A DNA stretch of 63,342 nucleotides, filler included, from Reticulomyxa filosa (Eukaryota > Protista > Foraminifera), in assembly GCA_000512085.1 (NCBI GenBank). It is 12 parts of 12 records of this genome, joined end to end, with 100 filler letters (N's around TTAATTAATTAA, not from the genome) between each part and the next. Parts side by side here need not be neighbours in the genome. Positions count along the whole stretch, not along the records: positions 38,356 to 41,213 come from ASPP01006108.1; positions 41,314 to 42,844 come from ASPP01003109.1; positions 42,945 to 48,043 come from ASPP01020075.1; positions 48,144 to 53,629 come from ASPP01026163.1; 8 more parts are not named here. One strand, 5' to 3'. Both the position numbers and the translations under genes were made by a program. The notes beneath the pieces are model-generated. The model saw nothing but the letters and a program-made list of their open reading frames with translations. It was not told the origin of the DNA and made no database searches. Positions within the stretch are counted from its first letter, which is position 1, and each line of letters opens with the position of its first letter. Below, in pieces: positions 38,442 to 51,500 of this stretch.

Positions 38442-39043
38442 TGTCAATGTGTCATGCGGGGGGATATTCTGCAGATACTTAACGTTGGCATACGGTCAGG
38501 CGTTGTGTTTCCATGGAAAACCTTGGTCCAAAGGTTTAATGTAGACATTGGAGGAGGAGACAACAGTGTGCGCATTATTGACCGTATTATTCCTTTTGCC
38601 GGTTTGCAATGCCGTGGCTATAACTATGCGCAGATTGGACCTTGTCACAATAAAGACTATCTTCACTGCGATTATTTACTAAATGGTGGCATGAGTTTAA
38701 CTTTTCCAATATTCGATTGGCTTTATGGCAATATTTTTGCCAATAGTATATGCTGCGGTTTGTTAGATAGTTATGTGTCTTTTCATTTCTAACGCTTATG
38801 GTGTTGATGTACATTGATTTTTTTTTTCTCTTTTTTCTTGCACCTCTTTGTTGTTGTGTTGATGTTACAGGAAAAATTTCAACAGAAAAACTGTTGGATG
38901 ACCAACATGGGAGTGTAGGTGCCTCACTCGTGATCCCATTTATGGTTGGACGCCTTGAAATTGGCTACGCTTATCCATTTCAACGACAAAACGATCCATT
39001 CCAAGGAAAGCCTTTTTGGGGCTTTGATGTTTCTTTTTTGTGA
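38442..39043 (+). CDS. SAMM50: SAM50/Omp85-family beta-barrel protein, C-terminal exons
   Basis: GGDNSVR loop-6-like motif; SLTFPI...YGNIFAN; GSVGASLVIPFMVGRLEIGYAYP; aromatic alternating C-terminal strand FWGFDVSFL*. Confidence 0.7.
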
Positions 39044-39713
39044 GGCTCTCAGACAAAAGAAAAGGAAAAGAAATTATAACGATAAATTTGCTTTGGGGTG
39101 TGCAAATTAATGACAGTTCATTGTGTGATTTTCTTCTCGTACTTGAGAAGAGTACAAATGCGCACTGACAAATTTTTTTGAATATTCTCCCCAATGGTTT
39201 CATTACACATTCTTTACACAAACTGTGAACTGTCTTTCAATATTTTGATTGACCAAAAAAGTCAGCAATTGATTGAAAATATTGATTTTAAAATTCAGAA
39301 AAATGACATTACTGCAAGCCAAAAATTTAGTATATTTTTAACCTACCTTTTTCAAAAAAGTGCTTATATTTATTTCTATGCAGTTTTTTGAAAAAATAAT
39401 GTGAATACAATTGAATTCTTTATTAAAAATTAGTAACTTTTTTGATGTTCGTTCAGACAACATTAAATTTTAAACATTTACTTTAATGCGAAAATGCTTG
39501 TACTAAATGTTGAAAAGTGTGTAAGTTTTCAAAAAAAGAATGACAAAGCCTTATTTTGTAAGAAACGATTATAATTCACTTTTGTCATAATAGAAGAAAT
39601 TTCAATTAATGCAACTTCCCATTCTTTTAAAAAAAAGCAAAAGGCAAAACGCCAAGCCAAAAATCTTATCACACATATCTTGTTGATTCCAAAAAAAGAA
39701 AAGGTAAGTTGGC

Positions 39714-40714
39714 TTATTCTTCCTCTCCTCCAGCTCCTTTGCTTTCTTTTTTCTCTTGTTTCTTCTTTTCCATGGCTCGTTTCTTGGCCAATCGCTTGTT
39801 TGCTCGTCTCCATTTGAAGTGATGGTGTTGAACATTCCATTCATTACGTAAAGTACCAAAAGCGTTGTATTTCGGTACTTCACTGACTTTAACAACTTGG
39901 GTGCCAGGTACATGGTGTTTATAAGGCAATGCCTATTTAAAATTCACAAGAAAAAAATGTTTTTGCTCTCCTCCCATGGTCTATCTTTTCATACAAAATA
40001 CAAATCACTCAACTTTGGAACGATATCGTTGGTATTTGGCCAATCTGTCTTTGGCTTTTTGCAGTGCTGTCAAATACTGAACATATTTCTCTTTGTTGTC
40101 CTTAAGGTCGGTTGCTTTTGGTTTCACTGGGAATAACACCAATCTTTGCAAGTAAGTTTTTAATCTTTTCACGTTGCGGGATACTCCTTCCAAGGATTTG
40201 TTTCGGCGTCTTGGATCTACTGCAATGCCGATTGTTCGTGCATACTTTGGATGTAATTTAACTTTCTATGTAATTGTTAGTATAAAAACCACCCACGCAA
40301 TTTCGTCAATACTTGCACATGGAAAAAAAATAAAACGATTGCTAAATTTTCACTTTTTTGTTTTTTGTTTTTTTTCTTGACTATTTTTTATTTTTGTTTG
40401 CTTTTAACTCTTAATTCCAACAAGCTGAAGCCTCGTCCTTCACGGTATCGCATGTTGTATCTTAAGGTAGTGCAGTTCACTACTGGTCTTAATTTTTTAA
40501 GAGGGCGTGGAGCTTTTGAAGAGGCTTTTCGGCTTCTTATGCGAGCTCTTCTTATAGCTTTTTTTGGTTGGTCAAAATGGGTCTTGATAAATCTATGTTA
40601 TCATTCAACTAAAACGCTTAGCAAGGGTGAGACAAATGCAAAGAAAAAGTAGTCTCACCGTTGCCAATCTTTTCGGCAATGGATATTTGGAACAACGTTG
40701 TTATGCTTGACCAT
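39714..40714 (-). CDS. RPL13: 60S ribosomal protein eL13, spliced
   Basis: [19 protein letters not shown]; [12 protein letters not shown]; [13 protein letters not shown]; [18 protein letters not shown]; [16 protein letters not shown]. Confidence 0.97.
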
Positions 40715-42204
40715 ATCACCTGTTTGATTGCCAGGCTACGAATATTTTTTGAAGTTGAAAAGGAGAAAGCAAATAAAAAAACTCAATTTGTTAACCTGAA
40801 CGAACGCAAAAAAAAAAATTGAAAAAACGAAACTTAAATTCGATGCATACAGTTGAAGTGAAATACTACAGAAGCGAGTACTCACTATTAGCAAAACATT
40901 TCTTAAGCTTAAAATGTACCACCTTTAAAGAAACAATTTTTTTTTTCAACTTAAACAACATTCATGCGATCAGAGATATTGTCAAATACCACAAACGGAT
41001 AGATTAAAAAAAATTTATTCTGTTTTAATTCACAGTTGGGTTTTGTCAACAGAAATTTTACTTCCAAATAACAACAACTCCCCATTCCTCCCTCCCTCTT
41101 CCCCCCCCCCCAAGCATTATCGCCAGAGAGTCACTCTCAATCTTTCATGTACTTTTTGTGTAGTTTGGTGTTGTGTTATTTTTTTTTTTTTTTCTGTGAT
41201 GTGTTTTTCATTTNNNNNNNNNNNNNNNNNNNNNNNNNNNNNNNNNNNNNNNNNNNNTTAATTAATTAANNNNNNNNNNNNNNNNNNNNNNNNNNNNNNN
41301 NNNNNNNNNNNNNAAAAAAGGAACGAATGGCAAGGCCGCACAAATGCAAACACAAACACAAACAAAAATAAAAGGTCAATAGTATTAAAAAAAATTCCTT
41401 TTTGCAAGTGTCAAAAAGGTATATTTGTGTTTGAAAACTTTTCAAAAGAAAAACAATAAAAATAATAATAATAAACACAAGCAAAGGAAACGTTGGCATT
41501 GATATCCTTGTTTACCATTTCTTGTATCTTTTTTTATGATATGTCTTGGCACTGAAATTGATTGTTGATGTGATTGGGATGATGAAGTGCACCAAATAGA
41601 CAATTGATTGAGTGATTAATCAATATATGAATAAATGTGCTAATTGATTAATAAATAGATTAGCGAATAGAACATGTTGGGTCAATTAATGGATGATAGC
41701 GCAATTCAATAATTATAATAGATCTTTGAAAATAATCAATATATCATTTGAATAATGTGTAAATAGATAAATGTATATGAAGTCTGCGGATGTCGAACCG
41801 ATAATCAAAATGTTGGCAATTTGAGTTGAAAGCATTAAATAATATAGACTCGTAAGTTTGCTGTAATGATAATAGACTTTATTTGAGATTGACCCAACAC
41901 GAACAAATTGGCTAGCACGTATGATATTAGCATGAACATTTTTGCAAGCAAGTCATGGTGGATGCTGAACGAGGTGGTTTAATTCTTTTTTTTTGTCATG
42001 ATCCACATGACATATCTATACATATATACGTATATATTTTTGACTTGGTGTGTACATGAAAAAAATAATAATGTACACATTTATGCATATCAAACACATA
42101 TTTTTAAAATGGTTGTTGTACATTAAAAGATAATTTATACCTTTATTAAGAATAGATTTTGATGTCCATTAAATTAGATTCAACCAGCAAAGTCAAATCG
42201 TATT

Positions 42205-42500
42205 GCATTGAAAAACATTGTCTAAATTGGATGGATTAAGACAAATTACATTAAATTGAAATGGATGGAGCTGAACTGAATTAAATTTGGTTGAATTTGA
42301 ATTAAATTGAAATGGATATAGGGAACTGGATTGAATTATATTGAATATGACCTGGGTGAATTGGATTGAACTGGATCGAGTTGGCCTGCATTGAATTGAA
42401 TTGAGCTGGATCGCATCGAGGTGAAATGAATTAAGTTGGATCAAACTGTATTGAGCTGGATTAGGTTGGATTGAATTGAGATGGATTGAATTTATGAGAT
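42205..42500. repeat. Degenerate pentanucleotide tandem array (TTGAA/TTGGA/CTGGA)n
   Basis: About 300 bp with 5-nt periodicity, e.g. ttgaattgaattgagctggatcgcatcgag. Confidence 0.85.
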
Positions 42501-42944
42501 ACATGAATTCGATTTTTTTTTATCATATTTATTAAACATACGAGCTTACTTGTGGAATCTAAAATTAATTTATCTGGTGGATGGTGGATTGCATGGAACA
42601 ATTTTATCATATTACATTAATCTTTTTTATTTAGGACGAAGATTGATAACATATGAAACGGGGGGAGTAAGAACAGGAGCACCTTGCACAAAACACACAT
42701 ATAGGTAGTATCAGTATATATAACAACAACAACCTGATAAAAATAAACAAAGAAAAAAACTTAAATTTTATCTTTCATTTGGTATCTGGTTCGAATTGCT
42801 TTTCTTTTTTGAGCTTTCTATTTAACACACATAGTACACACAAANNNNNNNNNNNNNNNNNNNNNNNNNNNNNNNNNNNNNNNNNNNNTTAATTAATTAA
42901 NNNNNNNNNNNNNNNNNNNNNNNNNNNNNNNNNNNNNNNNNNNN

Positions 42945-44720
42945 ACAAAGGAAAATATTGCAAAACAAGCACCTAACTCAAACTTGAATACTGTACTAAT
43001 AAGTTACAAAAAGTAACCAACAAATAACATGCAAGCTTCAACTTTGAAGCTATAATTTTAATTAAATTGTTTGGAAGAAAATAGAAATGCATTAGTTATA
43101 TCATTATAAATGACTTCAATTTAATCTTGATCATCACACGGTTGATGGCCTTTGTCTAACCCTGTGGAGCTCAGGGAACCCAAGGATCACTTTGGGATCT
43201 CTTAAACTCTTCGAGACAGCATCAAGTGGTGACGTCAGCTCCAAAACGCCGATGCATACTCGAGACTAGGACGAATGATGGTCTATATAATAGATTTTTT
43301 TTTTAGCTGAGATAGTTGTAATATTGAAATTCCAAAAAATGAAAAAGGAAAGGGAAAAAACATCGCAACCAAGCCCTCACTCACAAGGAATACAGTACTA
43401 AAATTACAATGTCTTGTTTGCCCCGACTTTCAGCAGTTAAGCGCCAATTATTATGAAGAGACTTCTAATATATATTATATACATATATATAATAGATTAT
43501 ACAAATGGATACTTTGTTGTAATAATCCCAATTGTTTATTCATTTCATCAACATCACTTGTGTTCAAAGTGCAATGTTATCATCACCTTGTCCTAAGGAA
43601 TAAAACACAGTACTTAAAAAAAACACAGTACTTAAAAAAAACACAATACAAAAGAAAGATACACAAAACCCTACTAAAAAGGTCATACAAAAATAATCAA
43701 AAGAAAACAATAAAGTTATTTCAATTGAAGAAACTTGACAAATGTTTAAATCATTCTCTTAGTATCGATTACAAACTTGGCCCTGCTTTCACAACTTTGA
43801 TTCTGACATCTGGTTTCCAGGGACAATACATTGGTATCTGGAAGCAATTCTTGGACATTTGTCCACCAATTGCGACGTAATTCACATATTCAAATGAAAT
43901 CTCATTGCCTTAACCTCTGATCCAATGATTCCCGCAAATATGATCTTGAATGACAAGTCCTGCACCTCCAATTCCAGGATTTCAATCACAAAATATCAAA
44001 ATGTGTCGATTTATTTGATTGTGGCATCATTGCTATTTGCATTGTTGGAATATTTGGGATCGGATGTAAATCTGGTTCAACTGTCGGCACTCCAGCATCA
44101 GCTTCATAGATGTATCCACGGAATAATGTCGACAATTTGAACAATTGACAAGATAAATCTCAATTTAAATTGCAATAACTTTATTGTTTTTCTTTGATTA
44201 TTTTTGCATTGATCTTTTGGTCGTTGTAAGATTTTTTAGACTGTTCTATTTCTTAGAACGAAGTGCTCTTTTTTAACTAGAAAGATTTTTTTGTTTTTTT
44301 TAGAGATAATGTTATAAGTTGAATTCACAGAAAGAAATATTGCAAAACAAGTACACTTGAATAAAGTACTAAATATTACAATATGTTACAAAAGTAACCA
44401 ACAAATAACTTTTCAGCTATATTTCAGATGCTTATAACTCTGGAAATGAACGAACGGATGCATTAGCGAAGAAAGATTCCAAGCAGAATTTAATCAATCA
44501 GGAGACCAAGACGAACAGTTCCATTCCTGAATTTCCATGTGTTGAATATATTTTTCACTTAAAAATGGAATCATTTGCATGAACAAAGATATTTGTGTCA
44601 GATAATTATTCAAAAACCAAAAGATAAATTTGAGTAGAATTATCTCGAAGTGAATTGATCACAAACCAAAAGTTCTTGCACACGCATCATGCTCATCATC
44701 ACATGTACATCAGTGATTTA
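42945..44720. mobile_element. Scrambled remnants of RNase H-containing non-LTR retrotransposon(s)
   Basis: Minus strand: TIIRPSLEYASAFW (43241-43282, RT thumb-region motif) and NPGIGGAGLVIQD (43943-43981, RNase H); plus strand GNERTDALAKK (44442-44474, RNase H C-terminal motif); ~85-bp direct repeat at 42945-43030 and 44326-44410. Confidence 0.75.
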
Positions 44721-45099
44721 TGTAGTTATTTTTTAACAATTTCTTTACCTCATTTATCTTTTTTACTTTTCATGCATCACATTTTGTATTTTTTTCTATT
44801 AATTACCGCAAAGTTATATTAAATTATTATTATATCATCCAAAGATCATATTCTCCTTATTGTATTTAGTGTGAAATAAGATACTGTCTAGCATTTCCTG
44901 ATTGAATGCTTGAATTATCGATAATTACTTTGCAGTTAATGGCAAATATCCAATAATTGCTTCACTAAAATGTATAGATATTGAAAAAAACTTTATATTC
45001 GACAATTGTTTTAATGATTAAATACTGAAGAAAAAAACAAAGGAATAAATAGCTCGTATGAAGACAAAAAATTAATAAAAAATAAAAATATTGTTTGTT

Positions 45100-47132
45100 G
45101 TTGAAAAAAATCAAACATCCAGCGGTCCTACTTGATTCAATTGTTCCATGTATGTGTCAATTTGTTGATTAACATCTTTCGTTAATGCTCGACGGTAACC
45201 CTTTTGGTGCCAAAGATAAGTTAAGTGAAAATGCAGATCTTTACAGATTTAAACTTTTTTGGTTTTTAACTTCAACAGTAGGCAATATTTTTGATACCAG
45301 GTACAATTGAGATTTTGGAGACATTTGTGACTCCGACAATATTTGTGCAATTTTCTGAGTGTTGCCCGAACTCAGTAGCAAGTCAATGTCAATGTTGCTT
45401 AATGAAATATTATCCACAGGGTGAGCATCTTTGCTACTTTTATCAACCATATCGCTTTGTTGTGGTTCTATTGCAATAAAAAAGCTAAAATAGGTTATGT
45501 GTTTCCTTTTTGTTTGGGTAGCACCTTTGGACCTCTCAAGAATCAATGTACCTTTTGAAGCACTAGCGTTGTTCACGGAACAATGGAGTCCCATTCTAGA
45601 CTCTTTCAAAGTCACAGCAAATTGAAGTAAAGAGAGTTTGTTATTTTGAGTTATCAGGTATAATTTCATCCGTTGCCTGCGGAAATGATTTTTCACAGGG
45701 TTGTGTGTAACAATGTTGGTGATCATATGTAGATATTGTGGAAAATAAAGATTCATACCAACACATATAATAATATTTCCTCTTGGTAACTTGAACAATC
45801 CAATGCTTCCACCAATACTTTAATGTCAACTTTTGTGTGATTTGATGATGTGAAACAAAAGCTTTCTTATTGAAATGGATCATTTCCAGACGCTCTGAAA
45901 GTGTTTGCGTTTGATCATTGAGTTTTGACAGCAATCCATTGTATTTATTTTGCAATGTCTCGATACTTTTTTTGCTATCACGGGCCTCTGTTTCAAATGC
46001 GTTTGTTTGGCTCTGATTTTTTGCAAGCTCTGCCAACAGAGTGGCATTTTCGAGGATTTTTTGTTGAAAGTGATATTCCATTTCGTTTAGCTCTGTATCC
46101 AACCCGAGATAAATCGTTTATAAACTTTGTGTTTGTTGAAACATACCCATTTAACTTTTTTGCAAAACTTTGTTTTCTTCGACCATTGTCTCGTTTGCCT
46201 TTTCCAGTTGGGTTTGAATAGAATACTGCTTGGAAAGCATTGTATTCATTTTTGACATTTCATGTGTCAGTTCGTTAATTTTTGCAATATGTGCGTTATT
46301 TATTTGACGTTGCTCTTTCAATTCGCTTTCGATTTTGTTCTTTTCGTGACTGTACCGTGAAGAGAAATCTAACACTTGCGAGTTCAATCTTTCTACTTCC
46401 ATTTGCAACGAATAAATTTCTTGTTGTTTCGTATGAATTGTTTCTGCATCTTCAGCAGTCTATTCAACAATTATAATCAAATAACAGACATCGGAGTTAT
46501 TTCGTTTAGTTAATCCCAAAAAAAAAGAGTGTAAACTTTTTCGCGAAGACTTGAGACGAGATTACTCAATGATTTATTCATACGTTCTTGTGATGTGATC
46601 GTCTCTTTTTGCATTGTGTTTTCAACTTGCAATTGCTGTTGCAAAGCGGATATGTTTTTCTTGTCTCGGAGAATACTTCGGAGGTGCAGTACCAATTTCA
46701 TTATCTATCGTTTGTTTTTTTCACAATCACATGCTAAAGGAAATGCAAAAAAGAAAACAAAAATGCAAGATACTTGTTCCTCCAAATAAGTATTTCGCAG
46801 CTGAAAGTTTGAGATTTGAATTTTTTGTTGCTTAATTGCCTGACATAACGATCTATGTTAACGAACAGATAATTCAAATTTTGCTTAATATATTCAGCAT
46901 ACATAGAAAGTATGCAAAAACAGAACATATTTTGTGACAAAAATCTTTGATTGTCTGACGACAATGCTTGCAATTTTCGTTTTTCAGTGCATAGAAGCTC
47001 TTGCGCTTCTGACAGTTCACTTGATAAATTTTGACGTGTTTCTGTTGACGAAGATATATCAAGCACTTAAATTGATCATGAATGCAACATCAAAAACAAA
47101 CCCTAATTGCCTTCTTTAGTGGTTGCCACCAT
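45100..47132 (-). CDS. Multi-exon coiled-coil hypothetical protein
   Basis: Five same-strand Q/E/K/L-rich heptad-like ORFs separated by short introns; ends approximate. Confidence 0.65.
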
Positions 47133-47545
47133 ATCGTCGGAAGTATTCAGCATCTCGGCTCTTACACGAATCCCTTTTCAAAAGATCCCTTTTCCTCTTG
47201 CACATGTTCTTGCTATTTCAAGAAAGCATATCAATAAAAAGTTTTCAAATCACGATTTAGTGCAAATTTGTCTTTAGCGTTATATTTGAAGGCAAGGAAT
47301 AAAAAGTCGTTCTGAGAGCTAAAGAGGGGGAAGAGAAGTTCTCGCAGTTTGAGAGTAAATGTTGTAATAGTCGAAAATGAAACGAGAAATCTCTGGTTGT
47401 TCTCTTTATTTTTAAAAAAACTATTTATCTGAATAGATTACTTCCTCTATACGTTACAATTGAGTGTATGAAAAGTTTGATTTGTAAACTGTTGTCGTTT
47501 GTTTGGGAAAAATATAAATGAAAAGATGAAAAGGATGCAGTATCG

Positions 47546-48043
47546 GTGAACGTGGTAACATTAGATGAAAGAGATGCACGAAATGATATAGGTGAATATG
47601 ATTCAACAAGATCCACTCAAACAAATGACGAGAATGGAATAACTCCATACATAACATATGAAACAGAAGAAAATATGATTAGTAATAACAAAAAGAGGAT
47701 AGAAATGGAAATAAAGACATATATAAAACATTTAAGATCAAAGCCAAAATTAAAAAAAATGGCAATGATAATATATTTATGGATGGTATTAATAGCATTT
47801 GTATCGTGTAGTACAATATCAATAATAATTTATTCTAAACATAAATATAGAAAGAATGCACCAGATAGTTATCAATTAACCCAATGTGTACTTTTACCAA
47901 TGATTGTTTTATTATTGGATCTGAGTAGTTTGATTGTAGTTCATTATTTCATGTTGACTTTGAAAACGTACAGTTTAATTTTAACTTTAATGTCTTTTTT
48001 TTTAAAAAAAAAAAACAATTATATACATATACCATGTGTATAC
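47546..48043 (+). CDS. Hypothetical membrane protein fragment
   Basis: Two hydrophobic segments (MAMIIYLWMVLIAFV..., CVLLPMIVLLLD...); runs to the contig end. Confidence 0.45.
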
Positions 48044-48573
48044 NNNNNNNNNNNNNNNNNNNNNNNNNNNNNNNNNNNNNNNNNNNNTTAATTAATTAAN
48101 NNNNNNNNNNNNNNNNNNNNNNNNNNNNNNNNNNNNNNNNNNNCAACTACTTTTGTGCAGACAACTACTTCTTTGGCAATATGGAAATTAAAAAATTCTT
48201 TTGCTAAGCTTTGAAAATAGTAAATCAGACAATTGATGACAGAAATATATCGAGCTGGATCGTTTTAAGTAAGACTAAAAATGTAGGTTTTAGTGGTAAC
48301 GTCTTATGGTGTGAAAACAAATAAGATGACTTTTAAGTTCGAAGCCAATTTGAGGAAATATGGTCTATTTCTTAGTACGAGACTATTCGTTAACACTCAA
48401 AAATTGTAACTTGTTTTTGGTGGTATTGAAAACACTGCATTTTCTGGTGTAATGTGCAAAATTATATATTTGGCTTGTTAAATTCGGCCAAGCGAATGGT
48501 ATTTGTATGAAACATGTAATTTATTTGAAAATAAAAGCGTAAACATATCAAACTCGTCAAAAAACAACAAAAA

Positions 48574-51500
48574 TTAAAATTTTCCACCACGTTGTTCTAC
48601 AAGTAACTCCTGTTGGTTGCTCAAGCCCTTGACATTAGTCCAGACACAGTCTTTCATCGACAAGCCGCAACTTTGCACACCAACTTGCCAAATGCATTTT
48701 ACCTGACCAACTGACAACGACTCTTCATTTCCTGTGGAATTTTGTTTCTGTATTGCCGACTTGTAATCCCACAGCCGAATTGTTTTATCATCAGAGCACG
48801 AGATAATTTTCGTCCCATCGGGTGAAAATTGCGTCGCGTTGATACCATCTGAATGTCCATATAGACATTGTATTGTTTTTTCGGTTGCCAGATCCCAAAT
48901 TCGAATTGTCCTGTCACCTGAGCATGATAATACTTTGGAGCCATCTTGTGAAAATTGTGCTGCACGGACGGTCCCCAAATGTGCTTGCAATTTCTTCGTT
49001 TCGGTTATTGTTGCTATATCAAAAATCCTAATAGTGCTATCATTTACACCCGCCACAATTTTAGAACAATCCTGGGAAAATTGCACTGTCACTACTCCAT
49101 CCAAATGTATAGACGTATACTGATCCCAATGTACTGCATCCCTGATTCGAATTGTTTTATCAGTTGAACATGAAACAATCTGCGATCCATCTGGAGAAAA
49201 TCGTATTTTAAATATCCCACGAATATGTGCTTGAATCGATTGCAATTCTAATCCTGAATGCACATCCCACAGCCGAATGGTTGCATCTATTGAGCAGGAC
49301 AGAATTTTGGAGCCATTTGGAGAAAACTGTGCTCCAAGTACCCAATTTGAATGTCCGGTTAATAATTTAAGTTCTTTGCCAGTCTTTGCATCCCAAATTC
49401 GAATGGTTTTATCATGTGAACAAGATACAACTTGGGAGTTATCTGGAGAAAATTGTGCCTCCACCACATCACGCGAATGTCCTTCACATTTTTGGAGTTC
49501 CCGTCCCGATTCCACATCCCAAATCCGAACAGTTTTATCACTGGAAGAGGAGACAATTTTGGAGCCATCTGGTGAAAAACATACACTATTCACTGCATTC
49601 GAATGTCCTCTCAAGTTTTGTGTTTTTCCTGCTTGCATCACATCCCACAATCGAATGGTTTGATCATCTGAACATGACACAATTTTAAATCCGTCTCGCG
49701 AAAACTGGGCCCCCCGCACATAATTGGAATGCCCTTCTAACTCTTGAATTTCCCTTCCCGACATTACATCCCAAACGCGAATGGTTTTGTCATTTGAACA
49801 TGACAGGACTTTGGAGCCATCTGGTGAAAATTGGACGCTACGGACGAGGTCAATATGTCCTTCCAACTTTTGAATTCCTCGTCCCGAGACAATGTCCCAA
49901 ATTATAATTATTTTGTCATCTGAACATGATACAACCTTGGAGCCATCGAATGAAATGTGGACTCCATTCACTCCCTCCGAATGTCCTTCCAACTTTTGAA
50001 GCTCTTGGCCAGTGGTTGCATCCCATATTCGAACACTGTTATCAAAAGAGCATGAAATAACCTTCGAACATCGGGAGAAAATAGCGCTTCATTCACGACG
50101 CTGAGATGTCCTTGCAATGTTTTTGTTTCTATACCTGATCCAACATCCCATATTCGAATTGTTTTATCATTGGAACAGGAAACCACACTTGAGCCATCAG
50201 GCGAAAATTGGGCTCCAAGCACAAGATCTGAATGTCCTTTCAAAATTTCGAGCTCTCTTCCCGATTCCACATCCCAAATTCGGACAGTTTTGTCACTCGA
50301 ACAAGATACAAGTTTGGAGCCATCTGGCGAAAACTGCACTCCAAGCACCCAATGCAAATGTCCCTCCAATTTTTTGATTTCTTTGCCAGATGCAATATCC
50401 CACAATCGAATTGTTTTATCTGTCGAACATGACACAATTTTCGTACCATCTGGTGAAAATTGAACTTTCCGTATCGCACCTGAGTGTCCATTCAAATGAG
50501 CATGCTCTCCAAAGTATACCCCAGCCATTGCAGCATTTTCAAAGTTTGTTCCATCCAAAAAGGCTTGTTGAAAACTCACATGTTCTAAGTTTGCATTCGC
50601 AAAATTGGTTCCCTCGATAAAGGCATAGTCGAGAATCGCATGTGGAATGGCAATGTTATTCCAATTTTGATTGCTTAAGCTTACCTCGGCTGCATTCAGT
50701 ATTGTGGCCGCATTGGCAGCTGCAGTTTGCACATGTTTATTTTGTTTCGAGGATTCAATGATTCGAAACAATCGCGATTTCAAATTGACAAATGCTGCAT
50801 CATTGTCATGAATTTTGTCTGCAATGAATTTGATAATGCCAGTCTCTTCGTTCAGCAATTTGTGATTGATACTGAATTGCGAGACCTGCAATTCAAATTG
50901 TTGCTGGAATTGTTGATTGCTGAGATGGACATCAATAACTCTGGGTTTCCACAAAGTGATATCAAACACAATTCTTTGCGCAGCATAATACTCTTGACAC
51001 GATTTGTGCAAAAACTGATATTTGTTATCACCAACTCTTCTCAGCACATATTTGGCAATGCTATCGCCATTAAAATACTGTTCCCAAACATCTTTCACTT
51101 GTGGAACTGGATCGTGAGATTCGTTTATTTTCATATCTATTGGACTGTCCATATTTGTATCTCTTATTTCAAGTGCCGGGTCCAACATGTTCGCAATATC
51201 TTGCACTTGTGCAATGTCTTGTTCAGTTGCCACTTGATTCCTTGGAAAAACATATCGAAAGCCAAATCCTGACAATACTTTTGAAATGCGAGTTTCATTT
51301 TATTGGCATTGATTCGAATGCGCAATTCGGCTAATTTGATGGATAGATTTTGAATATGAAGATCGAGCCATTGATCATTGAATGCCTCATATACTTGCGC
51401 TCTGGAGATCTTGGTTCCCACAGGATGTCGTTGCATCAGCGCCGGTAGCACGGTCAAGATCAGCTGAAGCAAAAATGGCTCTTCCACCATTTTATGCAGA

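Noticed and set aside
43160-43270. GC-richer stretch with nested stems (TCGAG/CTCGA, GCATC/GATGC) as a ribozyme or ncRNA
   Set aside because: Minus strand translates to the retrotransposon motif TIIRPSLEYASAFW; no hammerhead or HDV core recognised; stems are short.
49277-50463. Plus-strand ORFs with repeated QIRxVLSxEQxTxLEPSGEN
   Set aside because: Antisense shadows of the WD40 repeats.
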